A stretch of DNA of 64,000 nt from NCBI GenBank assembly GCA_964016885.1, contig OZ024742.1, forward strand, positions 60,202,001 to 60,266,000. Reading direction: 5' to 3'. The translations under genes and the position numbers were made by a program. Shown here piece by piece: positions 39,805-53,429 of the stretch; the stretch's first letter is position 1, and each line of letters starts with the position of its first letter. The DNA comes from Eledone cirrhosa. Its lineage: Eukaryota. The notes beneath the pieces are model-generated. The model was not told where the DNA came from and did not search any database. It worked only from the letters and a program-made list of their open reading frames with translations.

Positions 39805-40830
39805 CTGCTGTGGTATGGTGTGCTATCTTGTAGTGTGGTATGTGGTAGTGTGATGGGGTATAATGGCCTGCTATGTTATGATGTGGTGGGGTGGTATCTT
39901 TAAGTGTAGTATGTGATTGTTTGGTTTCGTGTGGTATTACGTAGTATGGTGTAGCGAAGCGTGTTGTGTAATGCTGCATGATATTGTGTGGTTTGATGTG
40001 CTGTGCTGATGGTGTAGTGGTGCATAGTTCACTAAAGTGTGGTATGGTTTTATGTGGTATGGTGAACAGTGTTGTTTTGCGATGTAGTGTGCTTTTGTGT
40101 AGTATGGCGTGGCGTGTTTTTCTGTGGTGTGATGTGGTATGTTGTAACGTGATGGGGTATATTATGGCCTAATATGTTCTTAAGTTGTGGAGTATATGAA
40201 TGTGCGGCGTTTTCGTGTAGTAGCGTCGTGTGATTTGGTGTGGCATGGTCTGGCCCTTTTTTTAGTGGTATGGTGTGGAGAGTTTTTGCATGACGTGGTG
40301 TGGTGTGTTTTTGTGTGGTATGTTGTGATATGTTGTTCCCTGATATGGTGTGTGTGTGTTGTAATATAATTATTTCTACTTTTGGCACCAGGCCAGCAAT
40401 TATCCCAGTGCATTACTGGTACTTTATTTTATCGACCCCGTAAGGATGAAAGGCAAAGTTAACCTCGGCGGGATTTGAACTCAGATCATAAAGGAAGGTA
40501 ACTCTATGCTTCAAAGCATGGCGCCCGACCCTCTACCGATACTGCCAATCCATCGCCCTTGTTGTAATATAATTGTTTCTACTTTTTGGCACAAGGCCAG
40601 CAATTATCCCAGTACATTACTGGTACTTGTTGTAATATAATGTGGTGAGTTATGTTGTAATCTGTTGGTGGGGTTGTAGTAATGTGTAATAGAGTGTAGT
40701 GTTGGGTGAGATGGTGTGGTCAGATACATTACGGTATATCGCAATGTGTTATGGTGAATTTTGTGTAGTGTTGCCTTGGGGTATGGTTTAGCGTACTATA
40801 CGGTGGCATAGTCTGATATGCTATCACATG
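39805..40830. repeat. Degenerate (TGTGG/TGTAG)n low-complexity tract containing two SINE copies
   Basis: Directly visible. Confidence 0.8.
40374..40558 (-). mobile_element. tRNA-derived SINE, full length, followed by a tail-only copy at 40575-40628
   Basis: Family head, core and tail; flanking TGTTGTAATATAAT is repeated (TSD-like). Confidence 0.9.
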
Positions 40831-41674
40831 TTATCACTCACTATTCTATGCTTCTCTAGACCTATAAATATATCAACAGTACTATTGTTATTGATGTCGA
40901 TATGCATATATATATAAATATATATATATTATAGTATATGCTTCACGTTTTTACTATGATCATCATTATTATCATCACTACCAGTAACATCATCATCATC
41001 ATCATCATCACCCTCATCACCATTATCATCAAAAACATTCATTATTATCAACACCCCACCATCACAATATGATCATCCTTAATATTATCACCATCCTCAT
41101 TATCATCACGCCACTCACCATCTACTCCTGGGTGCCTATACCTAATTCAATCAATATAGCTTCATAAGTAAGCCAGCACGATGAGATAAACTAATATTTT
41201 ATGTGCAAACGAATATCGATTTAATGGACACCAGTACTTGATCGGTACTTTATTGAAAGGGAAAATTGATCTCGACAGGATTTGAACTCAGAACATAAAT
41301 CGCTCTAACAAGTAATGTTGTCAGACCCCACCAACGATTCTGACAATTTGTAATGTAAACGTCAGAATAATAAAATATGTGTGAGTTAAATTGTGTGTCC
41401 GTATATTTGGGTCCATGTGTATGTATGTGTGTGCCTGTGTAGGTAAATGTGTCTGCTATTCGCGAATATATATCGCCACACTATACAACCAAACATATTA
41501 GGCCATATTAAGCCATATCTGGGCTTCTGGCTTTCAGGTCTTTCGCGCCCCTTTCTGTGACGTTAATTATCCACCCCATATGTAGCAAAAAAAGTAATAA
41601 TAACCACTCACAGGAGGCTGCTCCCTGCGAATCCCCTAAGCTTCATCCTAGTGTGTCTTTCCAATAATATGGTG

Positions 41675-41712
<38 letters not shown>

Positions 41713-42370
41713 ACACAGTCAGTACTTTGGCATCACGTCAGATATGAAATTCTCAAGACTCAAGACATATTCAGTTAAACTTTCAAGTTGTTTCACAATC
41801 TCCATTAAAATATTTATTTTTTTCCTTGATATCTCACACCACACCCACACCACCCAACACACACATACAACTCATTTTCTCTCCGATATCTATTCTCTTT
41901 TATTTCACTATTTATGTCTGATATCGTGGTAGAGCGTGATTGTTTGAGACACACACATATATAAAAGTATCATAAAAATGTTGAAAACTACTGAAATCTA
42001 TGACGGAGAAGCAATAAAAGACAGCAATAAAAGCAAGTGAGGTTAATTCAATAATAATGGAATTTGGTCGACGACATGTCGCCGTCGTTTGTTGGTTTGT
42101 TCGTTTGTTTCCCTCCAAGACCAAGACGGATCAATTAACTCCTTTTGTGTCGTCGTCACGATTGACCGATATTACTGCGTTCTTTTATCACACACACATA
42201 CACACACACACGCATGCATTCCCAAACACACAGATACACACACACACATACACATACATACACATACAAATAGACACGCACACACACACCTATATATTAT
42301 TACAGCTTTTAGCTCAGCGAAAGACTTCTCGCTCGTATATTAATCATATATCACTCAAAATTTCTATGAT

Positions 42371-42404
<34 letters not shown>

Positions 42405-42425
42405 GATATATACACACACACAGAC

Positions 42426-42471
<46 letters not shown>

Positions 42472-42535
42472 GTATATAAATATATATACATATATACATA
42501 TATATATATATACATATATACACAAACACACACAC

Positions 42536-42567
<32 letters not shown>

Positions 42568-45500
42568 TTATGTATGTGTATGCATACATACATATGTGTT
42601 CTTCTGCAGAAGGAGATATATAGCACTATTGCCATTCAACAGTTCAATAGTACAACTTACACTGTCCACTATTTGGCCAGCTCACATAACACATACTCAG
42701 ACTTCATAGAATTACCACCGAACAACATAACACCACACATACACAACCCAAATAACACTCATAAAACAACACAACACTCTACTCTTACATAATCGATAAC
42801 GGCAGAGTTAACACCATTAAAACACACTGATCATATTCTACCCATTTCGCCCCAGCAGTTTGCCACAATACTTAGGATGCTGGACAAAAATGTTTCGCGG
42901 CAGGTTCTGTGGTTATTCTACACCCAGGACTATTTTGTCCCACATTTTTCCTTGGTCGACAAAATATAGTACCAGTGTAAATCTGAGGCCAATGTAATCG
43001 ACTTCGCCCTCCTTTAAAATCGCTGGCCTTGTAATTGAATTAGAAATCATTAATAGTACCGCAACACACAGGAAACACAAACAGTACCTGGCACTAAAAC
43101 ACAAAACACCATTCACACTACACAGACAGAAAATAATCACCAACAAAATAAACATTGCTGATTTAGGCACAAGTCCAACAATTTGTGCAGAGGGTAAAGT
43201 TGATTAAATCAACCCCTGTGATTTACTGGTACTTTATTTTATGGCCCTGTAAGGATGAAAGGCAAAGACAATCTTGCCGGGATAGGATTTCAAAACATAA
43301 AGCGATGTGAAACATATTTCCCGATGCTCTACCGATACTTGCATCTACCGCTATAAAAAACACCTACAAAAATATAGCTGACAATGAATATGTTTTATAT
43401 GTTGATTGCTGTATGGCCGAATGTTTAAGAAATGCGCTTTTTGATCATAATTTCTCGGTTCAATCCCACTGCGTCGCAAGTTTTACCTAGCTTCCCGTCG
43501 ACACAAGTGTTGTAGGGTATAATATGTTTGAAAGGTTGTCGTGTAGCTCTAACTCTAGTTTCTAGGTCCAGCCTTATAATACTTTGTGTCAGGCTGTGTC
43601 TCACTAATAACTTCATTAAAGGTATGTGCGTCTATGACTTCCACGTTAATTTTACAAGCAGACTGTTTTGTCGAACGAACAATTGGAACATTCGTCGTTA
43701 AAATAAACGGATGTCTATTCCATTTCCATTCTTCGCAAGGAAATAATTTTGACGTTGTGTACAAACCCATTTTCTAAGCTATTAATTATTACAAACGAAA
43801 GTATAGACAGTTATTTTCTCCGTTTTAGTTTTCTACTTTTTTTAAGAATGTAATAATCAACTGATCACCGTGATAGTTTATTTCAGAAATGATGTTTCAT
43901 TCAAAGTTGTTCAGTTAGCTTCTATTTAGATGGGAGTTTTTGTCGGCAATTGTTTAGAGCTAGGGTCCGAGCGGCAATTTGAGAAATAAAAATGTTAATA
44001 TTTCGTAGTATTTACTCCCACGTTTATCTATCTATAGGGATTTCTAAGCTATTATTTATCGCAATCAACTGCATACAAGATCTACATTTTTAAAGATTTT
44101 AATTCAAATCAAGTTTATTAACAAATGTGCAACTCCCAAAGGACAATGTCGGATATAACTAAGAAGAACGGAGGTCTAATGCCTGTTGCAATACTAACTC
44201 ACGAAGTAATGTGGAAATCCTAATGAAGATGAACATGGCGATGATGATGATGATGATGTAGTTGATGATGGCGGAAACGTCAACAGTGATAAGAGAAGAT
44301 AGTGCCGATAATGATGATGACTAAAGTGGCTGAGTATGAAGGTGATTAAACAAAATTGATTGACGCCTAATGATAAAGTGAATACATTCATGCAATATAA
44401 TACACAAATATATATTTCTATAAACCTACGTGTCTATACGTACATACATATGTACACACACACACAAACGCATGCACATATACGCACACACAGACGCGCG
44501 CACACAGACACATATATATATATGTATATAAGAGCACCTCAGGTAGAAAATATATAAAAAATTATACATTTAATATATTCTGTAGGTGTTGTAATTGAGT
44601 ATTTAATCAAAATACATTCCATTATCGCCATAGTTCCATGGAACATAATTAAATGAAAACATGTCTAAAATATATTTCCTCAGCGAAATCACACTTGTTC
44701 ATGAGTTATAATGACTTTGTCGACATTATATTTATCTCAGCGAACTCGGCCACGTAGATTTATTTGCAAACAATTAGTAGCCAATGACACCCTCAAGAGG
44801 GTTGTTGTTCTTGTTTGTAAATTGTAAACACCCCTAGAGGGGAGTTGTTTATTACTAATTGCTAATCCCTCAATATAAAATGTAATGCCTGTGTCTCTGA
44901 CATGTGTCTGTCAATGTGTCGAGCCTTTGGAGATTAATTATTCTTGAACTGAGGGAGTGAAATAAATTACAAAATTAAATAGGTTGGTTCGAATTATTAT
45001 CATTGACACGTGTAAATTTAGATTTCGTTTGTTATTCTTTTGTATAGTTTTATATATACATTGCGAAACATGTGCACACACCCCCAACATACAACTATCT
45101 ACCTATCTCTTTATCTATCTTTCTATCTACTATGTATCTATCTATATATCTATATATATATTTCTATCTATTCCTTCTTTCTCACTTTCTCTTGATGTCA
45201 TTGTTCTTGTTTTTCTTTGCAAAATTCAGCTGTGTTCGGACTTGGAGAGGAATGTCCTTAGCTAGGTTCAAACAGCCAACGCAACATCGTACGTCACAGC
45301 AGTACCTTTACGAATCCACATGGAGTTAACGACCAACTGAAGTAGTATCCGAAGTACTCTATACAATGTTAGTTTTCAGCTTTGCCCATAATATATACTA
45401 GAAGGAAGACAGACAAGTTATATTAAATATATATAAGTGTGTAGGTTTAGTGGTCTAAAAACGATACTATGGGTATGAGGTTAGAATGTCTTAGGAAAGA

Positions 45501-46536
45501 ATAGCTGGACACATTTTATGGGCAAAACCAATCGGCAGGAGACCCAGGGGCAGATCCCAAGCAAGGTGGTTGGATAACATCCATGAACTCAGCTGGTTTC
45601 CTTTGGGGATTCAGCCGAGGTCGGCGAAAGAAAGGCTGTTATTCACATACAATCATCACTTCAATTCTTTTCAATTAATGTTTTATACATAACAAGAGCC
45701 AGGGCAGGCTTTTTACGTCCAACGGATTGGGTGTAAGAGACAGGTAACTCTTTATATCTTCAAATATCTACGTTTATTTGTCTCTCTCTCTCTCTCTATT
45801 CCTCACTCTCTCTAATTTTGTTTCTCCACTTTTCACCTCCCTTCGTTTTTGTTTCTGCCAGTATTACTTCCACTTACTATTGCTGCTATTCCCGTTCGAA
45901 TAACAAACAGACTCTATTTTAATATCTCCCCGCCATTGCACCCCTTTACTTTTGCCATTGCTGCTACAGTTACTTCCACCTACTTCTGCTTCGGCTCCCT
46001 TTCGAATAGGAAACAACCTTATATTCGCCGATCTCGGATTGACGCGGACGTCGTTTCTCTATTTTAGCGAGATTTGATCTCTCGTTTCTCTATTTTAGCG
46101 AGATTTGATTTCTATAGCAATACTTCTAGACATAGTCCTTCCGGTACATGAAACTATTGTGGAAAGTTGATGATTCGGATAACGCTAAGTTCCTTTTTCT
46201 TGTTAGTCTATTCTCTCCATCATTCTATTCTTCTCTTCATTTTTTTCCGTAAGTCCTGCTCCATCGTTTTCGTCCCCATTTTCTCATCTCCCCCTCTTCA
46301 TCTCTCACTCTTTATAATCCTCTCATTTCTCATCTCACAATTTAGACTGTCTTTCTCCCTCTGTCCTCCCCTCGCCGTTCGATTTGAGGTTATATCTTAC
46401 CTCCCCTCCCCCCAAGATTTTTACTATGCATATAGTATCCGGCTACCCCTCGCTCTGAGAATACTCCAATTTTACGAATATTTATATGCATTCGTCGCTT
46501 CAAACCTTTTCAATTAATGCTTTATATATATATATT

Positions 46537-46577
<41 letters not shown>

Positions 46578-48824
46578 GTAATTCAATACGACAATTGAAT
46601 TTAGACTGGGTAAAATCGGCAGTCGGGAAATATGCAGCTGCTCTGAATAGATCATTTAAGAAAGTTGTTCGAAGTTAGGAACTGTTTAGCCTCTCTTAGG
46701 AAGCAAACAAGTTTCTGACACTTACAAAGAAGTTTTGGATACTTGATGGGTTTACTTGGATTAGAAAACGGCATTGCGCCATGCTCATTACTTTATCTTG
46801 AACTATAAATATGAGAAGATGGATTTTGTATAAAAAGGTTTGATAAAAAAATGGAGGGGATTTGAACATCAATAATCAGTAGCAAATGAGGACTGAAAAA
46901 TCTAAGTACAAGATCGTATTGTCTGAAAGTGTATCACACGATTTTATATATTCTGTATGAATCGATGAAAATCAGGGAATTGCTAATCATATAGAAGAAA
47001 TAACCGAAGGAGGTGAAGTGTGTTCCGCTATGGTTCAGAGGTTTTTAGAAGACGCAGATGAAATAAGTATTGTAAAACAAATGTCAGCTGAAGAATTCGT
47101 GAGAAAAAAAATATCAAATTAGGTTGCATAGTAAAATGAATATATAGAGATTGCATTTTTCGAAGACGGAGGAAAATATTGGCGTGATGATATCAGAATA
47201 TCTGAGTTAAATAATATACAAGGAACCACTTCTTTAACACAAGAGCAGTTTATGAGGATAGGTATATCATTTTATACGAAGATAATACCACTGTATCCTT
47301 TCCATTCCCAAGTATATAGAATGCAAATGTATAATGTATATTATGAAAAATGTAGCGCATTTGATAATCGAATTTTGGATGTTATATAAAGGCGCAGTAA
47401 TGTATTATGCATTGAATTTGAATTGAATGTATAATAAAGAAAAGGTTGAGAAATGTTGTGAACATCAGCCCGATTTAATTGAATTGAAAGACATCAAATC
47501 TATGCTACTTCAACAAGCAATTGTGACCATATGGCTCTTGCAATGTATGTTGAAAACACAAAAGGTTAAAATAGCGAATATTGTAAGAGATATGGAGAGG
47601 TTTAGAAGAAGTAGTAGTACTACCACTTCTGTTACTAACTCACTGACCACTGACGTTGTAATAACTGGGATTTACTGGAATTGGATTCATGCAACTAAAT
47701 AGATCTGGATCAAGAACTGAAGCGTGACATCCTATTCTATAGTTAATAAATTACATTTATGTAATATGAGAAGTAGTATAATTATTAATCGATTGAATAA
47801 TATGTTAGCTAATAATGTACGATTTATACAGAACTTCTCCAAATGTCTTAGCCTTCAATAACTAACGTCAAACGTGATTTCTAAAATTGACAAAAGACCA
47901 CGATGTAGCTGTAATCTCAAATAATTGCTGAATGTATTGCATTGGACTTCCGTCCGTCATGATGACAAGTGTTCTAACTTTTCGATCAACAGCAGAGTCA
48001 GCTCGTAAAATTAACGTGCGCGTGGTTGAGCATTCCAGACATGTTTACCCGTAAAATAATTCTGATGGATATTCGGCGTGACGCATTATGGGACAAGTCT
48101 GGCCTTTTGTATTACAGGTACAATCCATCCGACGAGCTTCTTAACAATTTCGATATATCAAATTCCCCCCACAAGGGGCTATAATCCCCCAACAGAGGTT
48201 ATAAATTTCCCCTCAAAAGGGGTTAATCCGGAGTTAAAAGACTTACTAAACATGCTTTACCACTCGTCAAAGAATTGTAGAATTTATATTTAACTTGGCT
48301 CATTTCTATATAGAGACTTCAATGACATGGTTTCCTGAGAGATTGCAGATAGTCTTCAGTGATTTGCTGTTTGGTCAAGAGAGAGGAATAATGTTTGAGG
48401 TCTTCTTCTGAGCTCTCAGTACCGGGTTAAAATCAGGTAGAGTATAATGAGTCCTCAGATAGAAAAGTGGTCTGTATGCTTGCAACGCAGTAGGCTTCGC
48501 TAAATTTAATCAAGAGTCAAGTGCTGGAATAAATTGAGTTTCTGATGTTTACCAGTGCAAAAGACCACATTGGAATTTGAACTCAGAAAGTAAAGAGTCA
48601 CAAGTACCAGGTGGAATTGAGGCTGACGCTGTAGCAATTCTGTTCACAATCCACCAATGTGAATTGGTTCTTTATTTAATCGACATAGAAAAGAAGAAAG
48701 GTTCTACGTGAGGATTCATAAAAAATCAAGCATTTATGTCAAAACTTCAACTCATTTCGTGTTCTAGAATTCGAACACATGATGGCTAGACTATTCAGCT
48801 CCCGCACAAAATCTATAATAATTG

Positions 48825-49008
48825 TTTATACATTTGGCAAAAGGCCAGCAATTAACCAGTGCATTACTGGTATTTTATTTTATCGACCCCGTAAGGATAA
48901 AAGGCAAAGATAACCTCGGGGGGATGTGAACTGAGAATGGCAAGGTCCGCAACTCTATACGTCAAAGCATGGCTTTCGACCCCCTACCGATACTGCCAAT
49001 CCACCGCC
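48825..49008 (-). mobile_element. tRNA-derived SINE, near full length
   Basis: Family head, core and tail. Confidence 0.87.
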
Positions 49009-49311
49009 TGGTAGAAAGTAAACTGTATGTTGACAAGAGAATAATATCAGTGTCATATAACAGCGGGAATTAACTTGGAAGTTTCATAATCAAATATCTA
49101 TTGATTTCGCTAATAGTCTGCCCACCCATCTCTCCGACTCTGCCTCCTTCTCCTCCCCCTTCCCCCCGTCTCACTCTTCTTTCGCTGTCTTTCACTGTTC
49201 ACACACCGTTGCATTTGATCAAAAATCACAGAAGCGGCAAAATAGAACATATGCACGTATGTATATCCTATATATATATATATATATATGTATATACACA
49301 CACATACATAC

Positions 49312-49344
<33 letters not shown>

Positions 49345-49441
49345 CACACACATACTTACATATATATATACATATATATATATATACATATATACACACA
49401 TATATATATATACACACACATACTTACATATATATATATAT

Positions 49442-49858
49442 ATGGTGGCTGTCAACTCCTTTTCGAGTACGGCCACTACTTTATAGCCATGTAGGAGAAT
49501 CCGTACCGATCCGCTAAACGAGTGTGGCTTTTTAGTCCAGCCAACGACTTGAACACTCTGGTACAAACACTACACCTGTGACAATTATTGACACATAGTC
49601 CTGGGCCTATGGCACCATGTAACGACAAGACAGAGAAATCTCCAGATATAAAGCAATGCCTGTGCCGTGAAGATTATATATTCAGCAAAGGCACTGCACA
49701 AAGCCAGTCCCACTCTCTTAACAGAGATGATGTTTACCAAAAAGAAGAAAAAGTCAACATCATTGGATACCATCAGCGTTGCAGGTGTTATATCAGAGTT
49801 TTCCTTGACAAAGGCTAAGGGGTCATCTCCCCCGGTGATTTTGGATGGCCATTGACTC
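49442..49858 (-). mobile_element. Non-autonomous RTE derivative (5' UTR joined to 3' zinc finger and tail)
   Basis: Reverse complement of 52988-53400. Confidence 0.75.
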
Positions 49859-49859
49859 T

Positions 49860-49968
49860 TATTTATACATATATACATACATATATATATACATATATAT
49901 CCATACACATATACATATATATACATACATATATACATATATATACATACATATATACATATATATAC

Positions 49969-50000
<32 letters not shown>

Positions 50001-50030
50001 ATATATACATACATATATACATATATATAC

Positions 50031-50064
<34 letters not shown>

Positions 50065-50582
50065 ATATATATACATATATAAATACATATATATACACAT
50101 ATATATATATACATATATATATACATATATATATACATATATATATACATATATATATACATATATATATACATACATATATATATACATATATATATAC
50201 ATACATATATATATATACATATATATATACATACATATATATACACATATATATACATATATATATACACATATATACACATATATATACATATATATAT
50301 ACACATATATATATACATATATATATATATATACGTATATATATATAAATATACATGTATATATATACATACATATATACATACACATGTATATATATAC
50401 ATACATATATACATACATATATATACACATATATATACACATATATATATATACACATATATATATACATATATATATATACGTATATATATATAAATAT
50501 ACATGTATATATATACATACATATATACATACATATATATATACACATATATATACATATATATATACACATATATATACAC

Positions 50583-50613
<31 letters not shown>

Positions 50614-50914
50614 AGTATATATATATATATACGTATATATATATAAATATACATGTATATATATACATACATATATACATATATACATACATATATATAT
50701 ACACACATATATATATATACACACACATATATATATACGTATATATATATATATATATACATACATATATATACACACATATATATATACACACACATAT
50801 ATATATATACACACACACATATATATACACACACACATATATATACACACACACATATATATATATATATACACATATATATATATATACATACATACAT
50901 ATATACATACATAC

Positions 50915-50963
<49 letters not shown>

Positions 50964-51000
50964 CACACATACATATATATATACATACATATATATATAC

Positions 51001-51051
<51 letters not shown>

Positions 51052-51065
51052 CATACATATATACA

Positions 51066-51121
<56 letters not shown>

Positions 51122-51135
51122 CATACATATATACA

Positions 51136-51176
<41 letters not shown>

Positions 51177-51204
51177 ATACATATATACATACATACATAT
51201 ATAC

Positions 51205-51278
<74 letters not shown>

Positions 51279-51392
51279 TACTCTTTTACCTGTTTCAGGC
51301 ATCCGGCTGAGGCCATGCTGGGGCACATATACACATATACACATATATATATATATATACATATATATACACATATACACATATATATATAC

Positions 51393-51451
<59 letters not shown>

Positions 51452-51452
51452 C

Positions 51453-51489
<37 letters not shown>

Positions 51490-51552
51490 TAGACATATAT
51501 ACATACATATATATACACATATATACATACATATATATACACATATATATAT

Positions 51553-51583
<31 letters not shown>

Positions 51584-51624
51584 CATATATATACACATAT
51601 ATATATGTATATACATATATACAT

Positions 51625-51675
<51 letters not shown>

Positions 51676-51790
51676 TACATACACATATATATATACACAT
51701 ACATATATATATATACATACATATGTATATATATATATATATACATACATATATATACATATACATATATATACATATATACATATATAT
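49860..51790. repeat. ~1.9-kb degenerate (TA)/(CA)/(TACA) microsatellite with a short SINE-end fragment at 51278-51325
   Basis: Directly visible. TTACTCTTTTACCTGTTTCAG...GCTGAGGCCATGCTGGG also occurs at 13094-13138. Confidence 0.92.
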
Positions 51791-51793
51791 TTC

Positions 51794-51905
51794 GTGAAGG
51801 CGTCTGGCTGAGTGGTTAGAGAATTGGATTCGCAATCGTGAGGTTGTGAGTTCAATTCTCAGATCAGGCGATGCGTCGTGGCCTTGAGCAATGGAAACAT
51901 CGTTT
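51794..51905 (+). mobile_element. tRNA-derived SINE head
   Basis: TGGCTGAGTGGTTAG (A box), GAGTTCAATTC (B box), GGCCTTGAGCAA. Confidence 0.72.
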
Positions 51906-51990
51906 CCTTGGTCCGATTTGACGAAAGTCGATCGTTCGTAAAAAAATATATATATATAAATATATATACATCTATATATATATATATATG

Positions 51991-52024
<34 letters not shown>

Positions 52025-52574
52025 CTTATATGCATACATGTGTTCACAACTCATATAAGTAACATCCGCTGGAGATTTAATCGGTCACAACTGTTAGGTA
52101 GCATGAATGAGACACAGGTGGTATAATTACTATATATTGCTCACATAAACATCGCACAGCATACACTGGAAAAGCCATGTATTCATGCACGTGCACGAAT
52201 ATGCATATGCATTTATGCATGCACATGCATGTACATATATCGATAATTATATCTTACAGCATGCCGTCTATCCCTGAATCGATTAAACTGTCTGTGCAAC
52301 AATTTCTAACGTGACGCCCATACACGCAGACACAGAGGTACTCACACACTAACAAACAAACGCACAAAGAGAGGAATGAATACATATATACATAAGAATA
52401 TGTGTATAGATATAATTACATATGCATATATACCAGCATAGCAGAAAATAGAGAACAGCGTACAAGGAGTAAATATGTAGCTATGCATATTAAAAGACTA
52501 GCGAGTTCCAACACACACACACACACACACACACATACACACACACACACACACATATATATTATATAGTAATT

Positions 52575-52688
52575 GTTTCTACGTTAGGCACAAGGCCAGC
52601 AATAAACCAGTGTATTACTGGTACTTTATTTTATCGACCTCGTAAGGATGAAAGGCATAGTTAACCTCGGCGGGATTTGAACTCAGAA
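52575..52688 (-). mobile_element. 5'-truncated SINE copy
   Basis: Core and tail match the family. Confidence 0.85.
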
Positions 52689-52796
52689 TTATATAGTAAT
52701 AATAATAAATGTGAAGACTTAAATCCGAGGAGTGCTCGATAAGGATAATAAATATATATAAAATATATAAAATCGTAGAGCAAATATTTATTAAAA

Positions 52797-52914
52797 TAAC
52801 AGATTAAAGTTTAAGCAAAGAATCGCTGCTTTCATCCTTAACGGGATCTTGTGAAATGTTAAGGTCCCGTTAAGGGTGAAGGCACCGATTCTTTGCTTAA
52901 ACTTTAATATGTTA
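52797..52914. repeat. Fold-back palindrome (~54-bp arms, ~10-nt loop) next to (TA)n
   Basis: TAACAGATTAAAGTTTAAGCAAAGAATCGCTGCTTTCATCCTTAACGGGATCTT / AAGGTCCCGTTAAGGGTGAAGGCACCGATTCTTTGCTTAAACTTTAATATGTTA. Confidence 0.88.
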
Positions 52915-52987
52915 CTTTAATATATATATATGCGTGTGTGTGTATGTATGTATGTATGTATGTATGTATGTATGTATGTATATATAT

Positions 52988-53400
52988 CCGGGAGAGATGA
53001 CCCCTTAGTCTTTGTCAAGGCAGAATTCTAGGAGAAGGAAAACTCTGATATAACACCTGCAACCCTAATGGTATCCAATGATGTTGACTTGTTCTTCATT
53101 TTGGTAAATATCATCTTGGTTAAGAGAGTGGGACTGGCTTTGTGCAGTGCCTTTGCTCACTATAAAAGCTTCACAGCACAGGCATTGCTTTATATCTGGA
53201 GATCTCTCTGCACTTGTCGTCACATGGTACATTGGGCCCTGCACTATGTGTCAATAATGGTCACAAGTGTAGTCTTTGTACCAGAGTTTTCAAGTCGCTG
53301 GCTGGACTAAAAAGTCACATTCGTTCAACGCATCGGGAGGGGTTCTCCTACATGGATATAAAGTAGTGGCCGTACTCGAAAACGAGTTGGCAGCCACCAT
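52988..53400 (+). mobile_element. Non-autonomous bipartite RTE derivative
   Basis: 5' TAGGAGAAGGAAAACTCTGAT motif (RTE 5'-UTR-like). The 3' part translates to HKCSLCTRVFKSLAGLKSHIRSTH (RTE C-terminal C2H2), followed by the tail GGCCGTACTCGAAAACGAGTTGGCAGCCACCAT. Confidence 0.75.
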
Positions 53401-53429
53401 GTATATATATATACATATATATACATACC

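Noticed and set aside
46040-46150. Minus-strand GAAACGACGTC half-hammerhead beside a 31-bp tandem duplication
   Set aside because: No recognisable CUGANGA; only the small duplication is certain.
48318-48362. Minus-strand CTGAAGA...GAAACCATGTC hammerhead-like string
   Set aside because: Helix II is only 2 bp and helix I does not pair, so it is compatible with chance.
51794-51870. tRNA gene
   Set aside because: A and B boxes are present, but there is no acceptor stem or cloverleaf and the sequence continues into a SINE body.
49585-52054. Long ORFs of 440-640 aa (YI/HT/CV-rich), and similar ORFs at 2.5, 25-26, 42 and 59-62 kb
   Set aside because: These are translations of stop-free (TA)/(CA) microsatellites.
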